From positions 43,276,001 through 43,340,000 of the forward strand of contig OX597815.1 of NCBI GenBank assembly GCA_951406725.2: a stretch of DNA of 64,000 bases, read 5' to 3'. Of this stretch, positions 1 to 12,811 are shown piece by piece. The first letter of the stretch is position 1. The number at the start of each line of letters is the position of its first letter. Origin of the DNA: Octopus vulgaris (lineage: Eukaryota). Under the pieces are notes generated by a model. The model was not told the DNA's origin and did no database searches. It saw only the letters and a program-made list of their open reading frames with translations. The position numbers and the translations under genes were made by a program.

Positions 1-272
1 CCATAAGAGAGAAAGACGGAAGAATCGCCTCTAGAATGGTATAGTTGATTGTGACGATTGCTTAGAGACCCGGGACGATAAGCACAAATCAATCTAACCG
101 ACGCGCTAACAATTCTGCTAATCGGCCGGTTAAACATACATACATACATACATACATACATACATACATACATACATACACACACATGTATATAGACATA
201 CACATACACGCATATATATAGACTCACACACGCACGCACGCATACACACATATGATTTTTCTGTATGCGTGC

Positions 273-315
<43 letters not shown>

Positions 316-695
316 TGGTGGCTGCAATGCCGTAGTGGAGTATATAACTCTCAAGTCTCTGGTGTTAAAATATCGGCGACATGAGAGTTATATACTCCGC
401 TATGCCATTCCAGCCACCGGAATATACACAAAGCATATACATTGGTATATGTATTTATAAATACATTTCTATGTATGTATTATAAACACATATATGCATA
501 CGCATATATATGAAACTATATATCATAAATGATTATGTAAACAAACACACACACACATGCACGTATGTACGTATGTATGTATATATGTATGTATGTATGT
601 ATGTATATATGTATGTATGTATGTATGTATGAATGTATGTATGCATGCATGTATGTATGTATGTATGTATGCATGCATGCATGCATGTATGTATG

Positions 696-729
<34 letters not shown>

Positions 730-1660
730 TGTATGTATGTTTGTATGTATATATGCATGCATAAAACGTACATAGCATTCTGTCGTACATGTCAGAATAA
801 ATGTTCGAATACGATTTCCACGGTTCAACATATAATTGCGTAAATGCACTCATGCACTAACAAGCAGTTTATGTTAAGTTGTTACTTAGCGTGCCAATAA
901 CTGGCTTAGCCTGGACGTTTAAGAACAAGGGGCGGGAGTAGTCTAGGTGACTCAGTGCATCTATTCAAATGTACGGCTGCAATTTGAAAGGAGTGCCTTT
1001 AAATAACAATATTCAACAAGCACAGCTAACGTCATCAGCGTTATCAGAAATCACCTCTCTCGGTAGCCACACGCACACAACGCACACTAAAACCACCACC
1101 ACCATCACCCACCGTCGCCACCACCACTGCCGCCCCCGCCGCCACCATCACTACCACCACTACCACTGTAAGAACGATTATAATTATATTTTCAACCACA
1201 ATCATGACGACCATTATTACAGCGACTGCAAGAACTGGAGTAGAAACGTGTAGCTCCTTGTCAGCCCAGCTTAGCCCGAACTAGATTCGTTATCAAAGGT
1301 ATACCAACTGTGATCACAAGCTTTGTAAAAAAATTAATTGATGAAAAATTAATTACAATATATTCGCCCAATTAATTGATTGGGGTCGTGCTGCCAATTA
1401 AATAATTGATTGCTATCATATCAATTATAAAAAAATAAATGCACCCTTTTAAAGCCTAGCCAGGCTCATGGGCCCGGTTTCCCGGTTTCAATTTTATACC
1501 AATTGCTATTTTTATTTTAGTTATGTTACTTTAGTTTGATTTTAATTATTACTTACTACATATAATTCAATTGTTATTATTATTATTATTGTTAAAGTGA
1601 AAGTATCTGACATAAAATAGAGAAACGTTTTTGTTTCACTTTTAACACGTAATACTGAAA

Positions 1661-2009
1661 TAGTGGAGAAGATATGATATTGCTATGGGCTCGCTCTAGG
1701 CAAGAAGTTGAACATTTTTTTTGCCCATGAAACTACATGGACCCTAAGTAAGGCATGTGTAAAATTTGAATGGAATTGGTTGTGTAGTTCTTAAGTTTTA
1801 TGGAATCGTAGTGGAGAAGATATGATATTGCTGTGGGCTCGTCCTAGGAAAAAAGTTCAAAATTTTTTTGCCGATGACACTCCTCGGACCCTAAGTAAGG
1901 CATGTGTAAATTTTGAATGAAATTGGTTGTGTAGTTCTCAAGTTTTAGGGAAACACACAGACAGATAGACACACAGACACACATTCTCAGTTTTATATAT
2001 ATAAAGAAG
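1661..2009 (-). mobile_element. Helitron-like non-autonomous element, 5' part, with two ~148-bp internal tandem repeats
   Basis: Unit 'tagtggagaagatatgatattgct...gtagttct(t/c)aagtttta' starts at 1661 and again at 1809. The right end reads TC-ttctttatatatataaaa on the minus strand, followed by a tgtc/tgtg microsatellite, like the other Helitron 5' ends here. No 3' end found. Confidence 0.55.
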
Positions 2010-2235
2010 ATATATATACACACACACAAATGTGCCTCTCTGTGTGTGTATGTGTGTATCATTGCTATTATGTTAAACTGTCGTATATCCACATTCGGCC
2101 AAACGCATTTTTTAAATACTTATTTTTGCTTGCAATAGCCGGTTCTTTTATTAAAACTATCGTATCTCCAGGTGCTTCAGATACCAAGATATTAAGTGAA
2201 TCAGTAAAAGTACACACACACATACACACACACAG

Positions 2236-2271
<36 letters not shown>

Positions 2272-2380
2272 GTAGGTATACATGTACGTACGTACATACA
2301 TACACACATATATACATTCATACATACATGCATACATATGTACGTGAGTACGTACATACATACATATATATATATATAAA

Positions 2381-2803
2381 TCTTTTACTCTCTCTTTTAC
2401 TCTTTTACTTGTTTCAGTCATCTGACTGTGGCCATGCTGGAGCACCGCCTTTAGTCGAGCAAATCGACCTCAGGACTTATTCTTTGTAAGCCTAGTACTT
2501 ATTCTATCGGTCTCTTTCGCCGAACCGCTAAGTTACGGTGACGTAAACACACTAACATCGGTTGTCAAGCGATGTTGGGGGGAGGCACAAACACAGACAC
2601 ACAAACATATACACACACACTTATATATATACATATATACGACGGGCTTCTCCCAGTTTCCGTCTAACAAATCTACTTACAAGGCTTTGGTCGACCGGAG
2701 GCTATAGTAGAAGACACTTGCCTAAAGTGCCACGCAATGAGACTGAACCCGGAACCATGTGGTTCGTAAACAAGCTACTTACCACAGAACCACTCCTACG
2801 CCT
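2381..2803 (-). mobile_element. SINE family B (tRNA head, CORE-like block, internal CA/TA microsatellite), full length
   Basis: Minus strand: aggcgtaggagtggttctgtggtaag (A box), gggttcagtc (B box), ggcactttaggcaagtgtcttc (CORE-like), tail (gtaaaaga)n. Near-identical to 18312-18720. Confidence 0.9.
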
Positions 2804-2829
2804 ATCTTTAATGTCTTGTATCTCTTCTA

Positions 2830-4150
2830 TCTCTTTTACTCGTATCAGTCATTGGAGTGCGGCCATGCTGAGGCATTGCCTTGGAGGATTTTAGGCGAAC
2901 AGATCGACCTTAGGAATTCTTTTTCGTTTTGTTTGTTTTTTTAAAGCCTAGCACTTATTCTATCGTTCTCTATTGCCGAACTGTTAAGTTACGGGGACGT
3001 AAACACACCAACAACGGTTGTCAAGCTGTGGTGGTGGAAATCTACAGACACTAAGACATGCATAAACATAGACACACATACATACACACATACATGCATG
3101 CACACACGCACGCACACACACACGCGCGTGCGCACACATATATATACTAGTAGAGATACCGGCCTTGCTTGGGATTAATATGGCATAATTTTTTTATTGT
3201 TTTACTTGTTTCGGTTATGTAACTGCGGCCATGCTGGAGCACGCATACACGCTAATATACACATATATACGACAGTGTTCTTTCAGTTTCCGTGTACGAA
3301 GTCCATTTACAAGGCTTTGGTGGGCCAGAGGCTATAATGTATATATATAAGAAAGAAAAGTGGTGGGGGTTGACGTGCAGGTGTACTTATAAACATTAAC
3401 CGATTTGGCTGGTATTTCTAGTACGTCCTGCTACCACTGAACAGGTAATTGCGAATAGCTGTTACGTGGTAGCAGCGCGTGTTGCACTAACTCATACCAG
3501 TGGGCGCAGTAAAAAATTCTGATTAAAAACAACCAAGGATTTGCAAACGTTATTGTCGGGCCGCTCGTATCATTAATAATATCCGATACAAGTTACCGTT
3601 CCTTGTATCGTCCAATATGTCTGTTTATAATTCGCGTGTGCCCGTTTTCCGTGTTTTATCTTTAGTATAAAATATTTAAAAATAGATGAATTTTCTTAAT
3701 TTTTTGAATACTTCATTTATTTTGAATATATTTCCCATTTTGATTATTTTTAAAGAAATTAGGCAGAGGTGCGCTTCTAAAGAAGCGCCTAAAATTTTCC
3801 GCGTACCGTTACATAGACGTGATAGTTTCAAATCATAGGTGAATTGAGAGTAGTCTATTTATGTTGGGGGCGCGGAATTTCAATAAAAAAATTATAAGAA
3901 ACATCCCAAGTCAAAGAGAGCGCACATGTCAAATTTGGTGAAATTCGGTTGAAAATTGTAGGAGTAGAAGTGGTTTACACAACACACAGACAGACATCTT
4001 GCTTTTTAATATATAAGATATATACATATATATCCGACAAGCTTCTTTCAGTTTCCATCTACCAAATCCACTCACAAGACTTTTATCGACCTGAGGCTGA
4101 ACCAGGAACCATGTGGTTGGGAAGCAAGCTTCTTAACACAGCTGTGCCTG
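2830..4150 (-). mobile_element. SINE family B copy split by a Helitron-like insert in its internal microsatellite
   Basis: Tail half at ~2830-3060 and head half at ~4020-4150, separated by the 3147-4018 insert. Confidence 0.7.
3147..4018 (-). mobile_element. Helitron-like non-autonomous element containing SINE B fragments
   Basis: Minus-strand 5' TC-ttatatattaaaaag at 4018. The 3' end has a degenerate GC-rich hairpin then CTAG at 3147-3150. Inserted between A and T with no TSD. Confidence 0.6.
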
Positions 4151-4279
4151 TGCTTTATACATACATATACTTTTGCATGAATATAAGTATATATGTGTGT
4201 TTGTGTATACATATATTCACATGTATATGTACATGTAGCACTCTCTCTCTCTCTCTGGAATGTTCGCATAAAATGAAAG

Positions 4280-6150
4280 GAATGAGACAAGGAAACTTGG
4301 CAACGTCAGTTATAAGGAACTACACAGCAAGAACTTTCCAGCTTTGTTGTTTCTGTCGCCAAACTAAAGCGTCTTCAATATTCTGTTTTTCAGCACTTTG
4401 TTTATTCATAGCAACATGCCTCAATTGTCCAGACTGTTAATCGCTATGTAATTCTTCAGGTGAATTCTGATCATCTACAGCTTGTAAAACCTACGACCAG
4501 AGCCCACATCACTCACTATCAATTTTAAGCAGTTTGAACAGGCATCTTTGTGGAGAAGCAAAAGCTTAAGTTACTCAGTGAGTTCAAAATACATGACTTT
4601 CACTAAATGAAGCACTTTGTACTGTGGCACTTGCCTCCAGGTCATTCAAATTCACCCGACTTATCATAACCACTTATTGATCAACGAGTCCTGAAAATGA
4701 TCTGGCAATTTGCTTGGTATTTTGACTCCTTCCAAGCCATCTCGTTGTCTTTGATAAGTTCAGAGTTCTGTTGCATGATCATTTGCCAAGAAACATTTAC
4801 TTTGTTCGACTCCAAGATACTCAAAAAAAGTAGATATAATTTTGTTAATTGAATTCATATCTAGTGAAGAAGATAGCAATATCTTTGCCAGAGTTTCAGT
4901 TCAATGGAAGACTTATTATAGAGGACGAGAACATATATGTTTACAGATGAAAGTGACAAAATGACTTGTCTTCTTCAATTTGTTCTTCTATCACTTAGTA
5001 TCGTCATTGAAATACGACGGGAAATATAAATGGAAAAGTACAACGCAATGCATCACATGATGCATGCTTTGACAAGCTTTTCAGTTCCAATGGCTCTCAC
5101 CATTTTCTTACTCTAACTGCTTAAAGTATTGATTCACAATGGATCGAGCCATGAAGAAGTAAAGTTTTTGTCTGGTAGAAATTTCTATTTCTTAACTATT
5201 TTTTATGAATTCAGCCATTACTTTGCACGGCAGTGGGCATAGACTGGAAATGCAATAGCGACTTGTAGCTTTGCTTGAACACCAGCAATTTTCTTGTTCT
5301 TAACCGAGGTACCATCATAGCTACGGGCGACACATAACTGAGACGTCAACACTGATAAAGTTCAACACTGACTATATGCATAGCAGAAGCAATTTATCAT
5401 CAATTCAGAAATTAATCGACATCCAGGAAATTCTTTATAGGTAACACCAGAACAAATAACAGCTGCTTAGTTTTCGGAATACTCTTTGCTTCATTCAAAA
5501 TTAATGTAGAAGTGGCACTTCTCAAAATATAAGGCGGCGAGCTGGCGGAATCGTTAGCACGCCAGGCGAAATGCTTTGCGGTATTTCGTCTGTCGTTACG
5601 TTCTGAGTTCAAATTCCGCCGAGGTTGACTTTGCCTTTCATCCTTTCGGGGTCGATAAATAAAGTACCAGTTTCGCACTGGGGTCGATGTAATCGACTTA
5701 ATCCGTTTGTCTGTCCTTGTTTGTCCCCTCTGTGTTTAGCCCCTTGTGGGTAATAAAGCAACATATTTCTTCTTTGAATATTGATACCTTAATAGAATGA
5801 GACATGTTCTGATTATTGTGATGTAAATATTTTGTATTTCTGAGTGTCTTAGTTATTTCCCACCCACCATCTGATGACGAAATTGTGTCGAACCAAGCTT
5901 ATTATTTCTCGCATACTGCCATATCTTGACCACCAAGTTCACATCTTTGATGGGAAACCTCTTGTAAGGATTTAATCACAAAGCAGGCCAAAACAGATAG
6001 ATGCTGTCTATTTTAATGAATTTCCATGGGCTACGATGGGCAAAGATAACACAAACGTATTCATTTCTTATGTATTTGGTTATCTTCCTTAGCATCGATA
6101 CAAAAGTAACAGCAATATGAAACTAGGACCTCTTATGAATAACCAAAGCA
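4280..6150 (-). pseudogene. Decayed hAT transposase (ZMYM1-like/Tip100-type) fossil
   Basis: Minus-strand translation of 5333-5225 gives CVARSYDGTSVKNKKIAGVQAKLQVAIAFPVYAHCRA (YDG..M.G..GVQ....HCxxH motif). Near 5450-5525 it reads ILRSATSTLILNEAKSIPKTKQLLFVL (FSIILDETxDIS.KEQL-like). Many stops and frameshifts; boundaries approximate. Confidence 0.75.
5531..5760 (+). mobile_element. SINE family A (tRNA-like head, 'gcctttcatcctttcggggtcgataaa' central block), young copy inside the hAT fossil
   Basis: ggcggcgagctggcggaatcgttagc...gagttcaaattcc...ccccttgtgggtaataaag; highly similar to 57112-57344. Confidence 0.9.
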
Positions 6151-6229
6151 CCTTTTAACTGACTAGCATGCTTCTGATTGAATGTGTATCTTAATGTATA
6201 CTTGCTCATGTACTGTGTTTTTATTAATA

Positions 6230-6796
6230 CAGAAAAAACATATTGATTATATCAGCTCCAATGTTTCATTGGATATATATTTTGTTGATCCCGAAGGAAG
6301 AAAGCTAAAGTTGAACTCACTGAGATTTGAACTCAGAATGTAAAGAACCATAACTAAGCGCATTTTGTGAAACATACTAACGATTCCGCTAGGTTGCAGC
6401 CTTGACAACAACACTATTGATTATATCTAATATAGATAGAAGGCCTCAAATTTGGGGAGGGGTTTAGTCGATTACATCGCCCTTTGATTGGTACTGTATT
6501 TTATCGACTCCAGAGGGAATGAAAGAACATTTGGCTTCGGGGAAATTTGAACTCATAGCGTAAAGAGCAGGAAGAAACGCAGCTAAGCCTTTTGTCCGAT
6601 GCGTTAACAATTCTGCCAACTTGATGACTTACTACTACTACTACTACTACATTATGTTATAGGTACAACTGTTGAGTGTTATTTGTATAATTTAACTTCA
6701 TTCGCCCCCCCAATCCAATCATATTACGCAGTGTAATAAGACTGCACCTTGGAGTTACAGTGTGTGTGAGCGTGTGTATGTATGTCTCTGTGTGTC

Positions 6797-6844
<48 letters not shown>

Positions 6845-7050
6845 TGTGAGAGAGAGAGAGAGAGCAGATATACAGACAGAAAGAGACAGAGAGAAATCAA
6901 CCGTAGTAGTGGACCTGTAATTTAGTCATCGATATATTGAAAAGATGAAGGACAACTTCGACCCCAGTGAGATTTGAACTCAGGGTGTAGGGAGCTTGAC
7001 TGGATACAACAAGGAAATATTACCAATGCTATAACAGCTTGGCTAATTTA
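6230..7050 (-). mobile_element. Three diverged SINE family A copies
   Basis: Recurrent 'atttgaactca' B-box complement and central-block remnants at ~6290-6340, ~6500-6560 and ~6925-6985. Confidence 0.7.
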
Positions 7051-7355
7051 TAGCCTTCATAGCATTTCGTATCTTTTTCAAAAAGAAAAAAAAAAGAAAA
7101 AGAAAGAAACAAATGATTATGTCAATCTTTCAAATAGACAACACTAAAACTGACAGCGACCTAATTGCATTTTTCTACATACAGAAGAAAAAAGCTTATC
7201 CTGTTACTGAAATTGGGATGGGTAGAATTACTAAAGTAAAAATCACATGGAAAAGCAAAATATGCGTTTGAGTGAGCAAGACGTATGAGAAGGGTTTGTT
7301 CTAAATATATAAATGAATTTTGGGATAGACCATCGAAATATGTTAGCCTAACCAC

Positions 7356-7433
<78 letters not shown>

Positions 7434-7597
7434 CTGAGGTTCGACTAACTCATATGGAAAATATTGTAAGCATTTCTTAACTATCTGGGAAACAAATAAT
7501 CTTTTTAATCTACATGTAACCTATCCACAAAAATGTACGTTTATGAGCTGCTTGTCATTTTAGTACCCATGTTCTTTCTTGCACATGTTGAGATGAG

Positions 7598-7663
<66 letters not shown>

Positions 7664-7929
7664 GTGTGTATCCGATTTTGCTACGAAAAACATATTCAAC
7701 AACCGTTGCATCATATCCAGAAGTACACAATTCAGTTCATTTCGGTTGGATTTCTTTTTTCTTCTCAGTCTAACATCACTATCTTTAATACTTTCTCTGA
7801 AGTTTCCATGTCTTGAACGTCTACTCGTTTTAAAGCCTGCACTTATGCTATTGAGATTTCTATTCAAGTTTTCCTTTTCCTATATTGTCCTGAAGTCAGT
7901 GATGATGCCAGTATTTTGTAGCAGCATGA

Positions 7930-8297
7930 AAGGGCGGCGAGCTGGCAGAAACGTTAGCACGCCGAGCGAAATGAGTTCAAATTCCGTCGAGGTTGACTTT
8001 GCCTTTCATCCTTTCAGGGTCGATTAAATAAGTACCAGTTACGCACTGGGGTCGATGTAATCGATTTAATCCGTTTGTCTGTCCTTGTTTGTCCCCTCTA
8101 TGTTTAGCCCCTTGTGGGTAGTAAAGACAGGCATTTCGTCTGTCTTCATGTTCTGAATTCAAATTCCGCCGACGGCGACTTTGCCTTTCATCCTTTCGAG
8201 GTCCATAAATTAAGTACTAGCTGCATACTGGAGTCGATCTAATCGACTGGCCCCCTTCCCTTAAAATTTCGGGCCTTGTGCCTAGAGTAGAAAAGAA
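7930..8297 (+). mobile_element. Composite (dimeric) SINE family A insertion with 18-bp TSD
   Basis: TSD tattttgtagcagcatga at 7912-7929 and 8298-8315; two monomers with different tails. Confidence 0.85.
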
Positions 8298-9418
8298 TAT
8301 TTTGTAGCAGCATGAGCAAGTTTCGGCCAAGAAATGATGAGAACTGACAAAAGTTTCTATATAAGCAACATTATGCGTTTTTATATAAGTCAAATTTACA
8401 GCCATTTCTCAATGTGTTGGTGAAGTGAGAAAAATAATAAAAAAGGTGCAAGGCGTGAAAGATAGTAACGTCTGTTATGCGTTACAGTAACAAAAACTAC
8501 ATAACGGCATTGTGGTTAAGATTTTCGGCACATCGTCTATTTCTGGCAATTGTGTTCGGTTTGTTGTCCGACATAAAATTCTTCAGAGAAATCTTAATCA
8601 TCCACTGTAAGGAAAAATATGTTCAGGGACCATATTGTTGGTAGGCAAAGCTACAGCAATTAAAAGTATTTTGAATTGTTCAAATAAGGCATTCCTGCAG
8701 TGAGTTGAAAATACGTGATTTTCGGAGTAAAAGAGGTTGATTTGCCGATGGTGTTAATTGGAGTTAAATGATAGATCGCAGAGAAGTTAATGTACTATAC
8801 TCACTATTCAAATATAAAAATAAAGGATTGAATTTATTCTATGTATATGGAAAGCGATGGAATGTAGGAATGTGGAAAAACTAAATAGATGTTATATATA
8901 ATGAAAAAGACTGGAAACAAAGTACAAATTTCAAAACGATATTATTTACGCTACTTCTACCCTGATTCCTGTTTAAAATTCCTGTGTAACAAATGCAGTG
9001 CACCGACAAATTAGCGAGACCTTAAACGAATATATTTCAAGAAAACGACATCTGCAAAAGTAAAATTTCTAATAGAGAATGAACAGAATATGTACGAAGT
9101 CACATTAAAACTAAATTTCTCAGTCAAGCATGCTGGAAGTCTGAGCAATATCAATACTTGCTTTGGTTTGGCATTGAAAGTGCTTGTATATGAAGATATT
9201 CATTTGTTAAATGAAAACAGTGATGTGGAGTAATGAAGATTAGAGTCTTGCTTTACGTTGCATACTGAGCAACTTATTTAAACAACTAGACATACTCTAA
9301 TATTTCACGAAATTTCAAGGAGAAATTATTACAGTTTTACTGTTGTTTGATTGGCTTGTAGTTACGGTCTACATCTCCGGTGACCAAGTGAAAAGAAATA
9401 AAAAAAGAAATAGTACGG

Positions 9419-9603
9419 TGCAGGCGTGACTGCGTGGTAAGAAGTTTGATTCCCAACCACATGGCTCAACCCTGCTGTGTAGCATCTGCGATAAAAGTCT
9501 TCTACAAAGGCCCTGGGCTGACCAAAGCCTCGTGAGTGGCTGACCAAAGCCTTGTGAGTGGAAAACTGAAAGAAGCCCGTGGTGTATGTGTGTGTATGTG
9601 TGA

Positions 9604-9682
<79 letters not shown>

Positions 9683-9850
9683 TTTCCCCACCGCTGCTTG
9701 ACAACAGGTGTTGGCAAAAGATATCGATAAAATGAATATTAGACTTAAAAACATAAGTACTAGTAACGGTTTCTTCGACGAAACCCTTTGCGGTGGTGCC
9801 CCAGCATGGATGCAGTCCAACGACTGAAACAAGTAAATGGTAAAATTACA
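9419..9850 (+). mobile_element. SINE family B with expanded internal (TG)n
   Basis: Head gcaggcgtgactgcgtggtaag, aaactgaaagaagcccgt, (TG)n, and tail ccagcatgg...actgaaacaagtaaa. Confidence 0.85.
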
Positions 9851-9944
9851 ATTTTAGCAAGGAAAAAGCCATTATAATACTTTTAGCCATTAAAGTAATA
9901 AAAAAAAGTTATTAACTGAGATTACATGCCGTGTATAGAATTTA

Positions 9945-10316
9945 TCTTTTACTTACTTCAGTCATTGGAGTACGACCATGCTTGGGCACCGCCTTGAAGT
10001 GTATAATCGAAAATATCTACCCCAGTATTTATTTTTAAGCACGGTACTTATTCTAGCGGTCTGCTGAATAGAAGTTTTCGGGGATGTAAACAAGCCAACA
10101 TCGGTTGTCAAGCGATGGAGGAAGACAAACGCAAACGCAAGAATACACAAACACACATGTATAGAATGAGTTACTTTTAGTTTTCGTCAACCAAATCCGC
10201 TCACAAGGCCCGGGCTATAGCAAAAGATACTTGCCCGAGGTGCCACTTGGTGGAGCTGAACTTGAAACCACATGGTTAGGATGTAAGCTTCTTACCACAC
10301 AGCCGTGGCTGCACCT
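9945..10316 (-). mobile_element. SINE family B, diverged
   Basis: Same blocks as 2381-2803. Confidence 0.8.
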
Positions 10317-11100
10317 ATATCATGGCATTACACAAATGTGAAAAAATAAAAAATAAATAAAGTAACAAACCGTTTATTTAAAGTCACAAGACAATGAATC
10401 AAACCCCAAAAATTAAGTTTGTCACTTATTGTCAATACATGACATGCTTAGACTGAAAACATTTTACATAGTATGGTGTCATTACATATACATTTAGTAA
10501 TTTTAATGTTGATAACTAAGACGAACATTTCAGGCAACCACACGAAAAACTCTGCCAGAGTCTTGTGGTTGTCTCATCGAGCAACACACAAGTTATTAAA
10601 GCTTCCTTGTACGAGTTATTAAAACTTCCAACACACAAGTTATTAAAGCTTCCTCGTAGCTAGTATATAGGGGAGACTGGGTCTAGTTGTTACACGGATA
10701 AGTTGTTACAAGCCCATTGTTTCCAACTTCAAGAATTAGGTGGCACTCTGGTCTCTACCTCGTGAAGGCCAACTCCATAGCATCATGACTGCACACGTGT
10801 ATTGCACTGGCAAGCTGTTTCTAGGAAAGGTATGGCTCAAAAACGATTTTTTACTCCAAAAGTGAAATTTTGCCACATAGTTATTTCCTTAACTACTAGT
10901 GGTGTTACTGAAGTGGTTTGTGGCTCATTAGGAAGCGTTGGAAGTTGCCTTCGATACATAAAGGTGTCCTGGATGCCATGCATTGCTAGTGCTGTGTACG
11001 AGGTAATCCCCAGAAATCCATGGTCGGGGCTAATTGTTACACTGTATCAACTTACCCCAGGCATGTGACAACTTACCCCTTCTATTTAGTTTAACACTCC

Positions 11101-12100
11101 ATGCCTAGAAAATACAAAAGGAAGACTACAAGGGGGAATACCCCTCCTGATGTCATGGAAAGAGCCGCCAGAAAAGTCGTGGATGAAAAGAAATCATTAC
11201 GAGATGTTGCCAAAGATTTCGAGGTAGGTTTCAGGCTCATTAGATATGAAGTTACCTATTTCTTTATTACCCACAAGGGGCTAAACATAGAGGGGACAAA
11301 CAAGGACAGACATATGGATTAAGTCGATTACATCGACCCCAGTGCGTAACTGGTACTTAATTTATCGACCCCGAAAGGATGAAAGGCAAAGTCGACCTCG
11401 GCGGAATTTGAACTCAGAACGTAACGGCAGACGAAATACGGCTACGCACTTCGCCCGCCGTGCTAATGTTTCTGCCAGCTCGCCGCCTTATATTAGATAT
11501 GAAGTTACCGGTATCCCTTACACCAGTCTGAGGTGCAGCCAGACGACCATCCTGACATGCAACCTGGCACGCAGCCAGATAACCAGCCTAACTTGCAACC
11601 AGACGACAAGTCAGACGTTCAACCAGGCGACCAGGTCAATGAACGGCCAGTCCGTCCGACAGACCAGCCTACATCAGGTCCAAGTTTTCCTGCTGGTGTT
11701 GTTACAAGCCCAGAGATGTTGCACCTATTAAGGAAAGCTTCCCCCCAGGAAGACAGATCGAGGTCGCGAAAGTCGCAAGAGGTGCCAAACAGCCATTCTA
11801 ACCCTAACCCCCGTAAAACAGCGCATAGTGGATGAAATAAACGAACGGAAATCCAAACCAAAGAAGGCAACTGGTACAGAAAAGGCAATAAAGAGAAAGA
11901 GTCATCTAAAACAGGTAAAGGCAAAGGGAAGCAGCCTCGCAGCAAGCAAGTCGCCGATTGGAAATGCCTTGTCTGCTCAGATTGGTATTCCAACTCCCTT
12001 CCAGGTGAAGAATGGGTGCAATGCATAATCTGTAATGATTGGGCACGTATTGACTGTACCGATGGACGACAGAACTTTCTGTGATCAGTGTGGTGAGAAG
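11101..12100 (+). pseudogene. Disrupted pogo-like transposase: N-terminal psq-type HTH and C-terminal PHD finger, DDE core not seen
   Basis: MPRKYKRKTTRGNTPPDVMERAARKVVDEKKSLRDVAKDFEV at 11101. WKCLVCSDWYSNSLPGEEWVQCIICNDWARIDCTDGRQNF(fs)CDQC at ~11959-12092. Confidence 0.8.
11257..11491 (-). mobile_element. Young SINE family A inserted in the pogo-like element, 18-bp TSD
   Basis: TSD attagatatgaagttacc at 11239-11256 and 11492-11509. Confidence 0.92.
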
Positions 12101-12811
12101 TTAATGGAGGACGATTCCGACTAGATGGCACATGTAACAATGTGGAAATTGGCTGATGAGGACTCTCAGTATCACAGTTAGGATATTAGGTGGTTCAAAG
12201 CACAGTTAATTAATTAAAATAATACTTCCTAAATGTAAGAAGCGGGAGACGTATTCATTTTAAACTTGTTCGTTAACATAATTCCGAGTTATCGATAGTT
12301 GTAACAAAGTACCCCAGAAAAGGTCACAATGTACCCGCACTCGAGGAAAATTGCTACAGCTGACACCTTAATTAGACACATTAATTAGAACCTGTCTAAT
12401 TAATATTATATAATTTCTGTTTTTTGCTGGTGATAACAATAAATAGAGATGTTTTACTAATTAAATCTGAAAAGAAACTTCAGCTGTGTTCATTTATGTG
12501 GGTGCCAAGGCAAAAAAACTAGACCCGGTCTCCCCTATCATCTTTTCTGTGACATATTTCATATTTTTCCTGTGAAATTTTTTGTGACCTTTTCCTTGAG
12601 AGTCTTTTTTGTCTGGATTCACACCCGTAAGTCTCATTTGCAGTCATCACTAAAAAGCAAAGTGTACATGTAGTAGTTGTCAAGGCCAGATGAATTCTGA
12701 TCAAGTGGACCTTTTATCAAAAGTAGTTCAGCCGTGACCATATCGTCTGCATTGCGGACCCGAACCGCATTATCCTGCGTGCGCTTTTCTAAGATTGTAG
12801 GATGTGATTTG

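Larger units (their letters stand above)
10670..12535 (+). mobile_element. pogo/Tigger-like (Tc1/mariner superfamily) DNA transposon, internally deleted
   Basis: TIRs ggggagactgggtctagtt (10670) and aactagacccggtctcccc (ends 12535) match at 18/19, with TA on both flanks. Subterminal gttgttaca/acaacttacccc repeats are present. Confidence 0.9.

Noticed and set aside
925-1035. GC box, AP-1 (tgactca) and CRE-like motifs close together
   Set aside because: Short motifs are expected by chance, and there is no associated gene or start site evidence.
5871-5890. ctgatgacgaaattgtgtc resembling a hammerhead core
   Set aside because: No stem II or closable stem I, and it lies antisense within the hAT fossil, so it is likely chance.
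8400-9350. Non-repetitive stretches that look like decayed transposase coding sequence (also ~39560-39990, 60841-61131, 62516-62698)
   Set aside because: I could not identify diagnostic motifs or termini by eye; blastx would be needed.
10581-10655. Direct repeat caacacacaagttattaaagcttcct
   Set aside because: A small local duplication with two to three partial units; not a CRISPR-like array.
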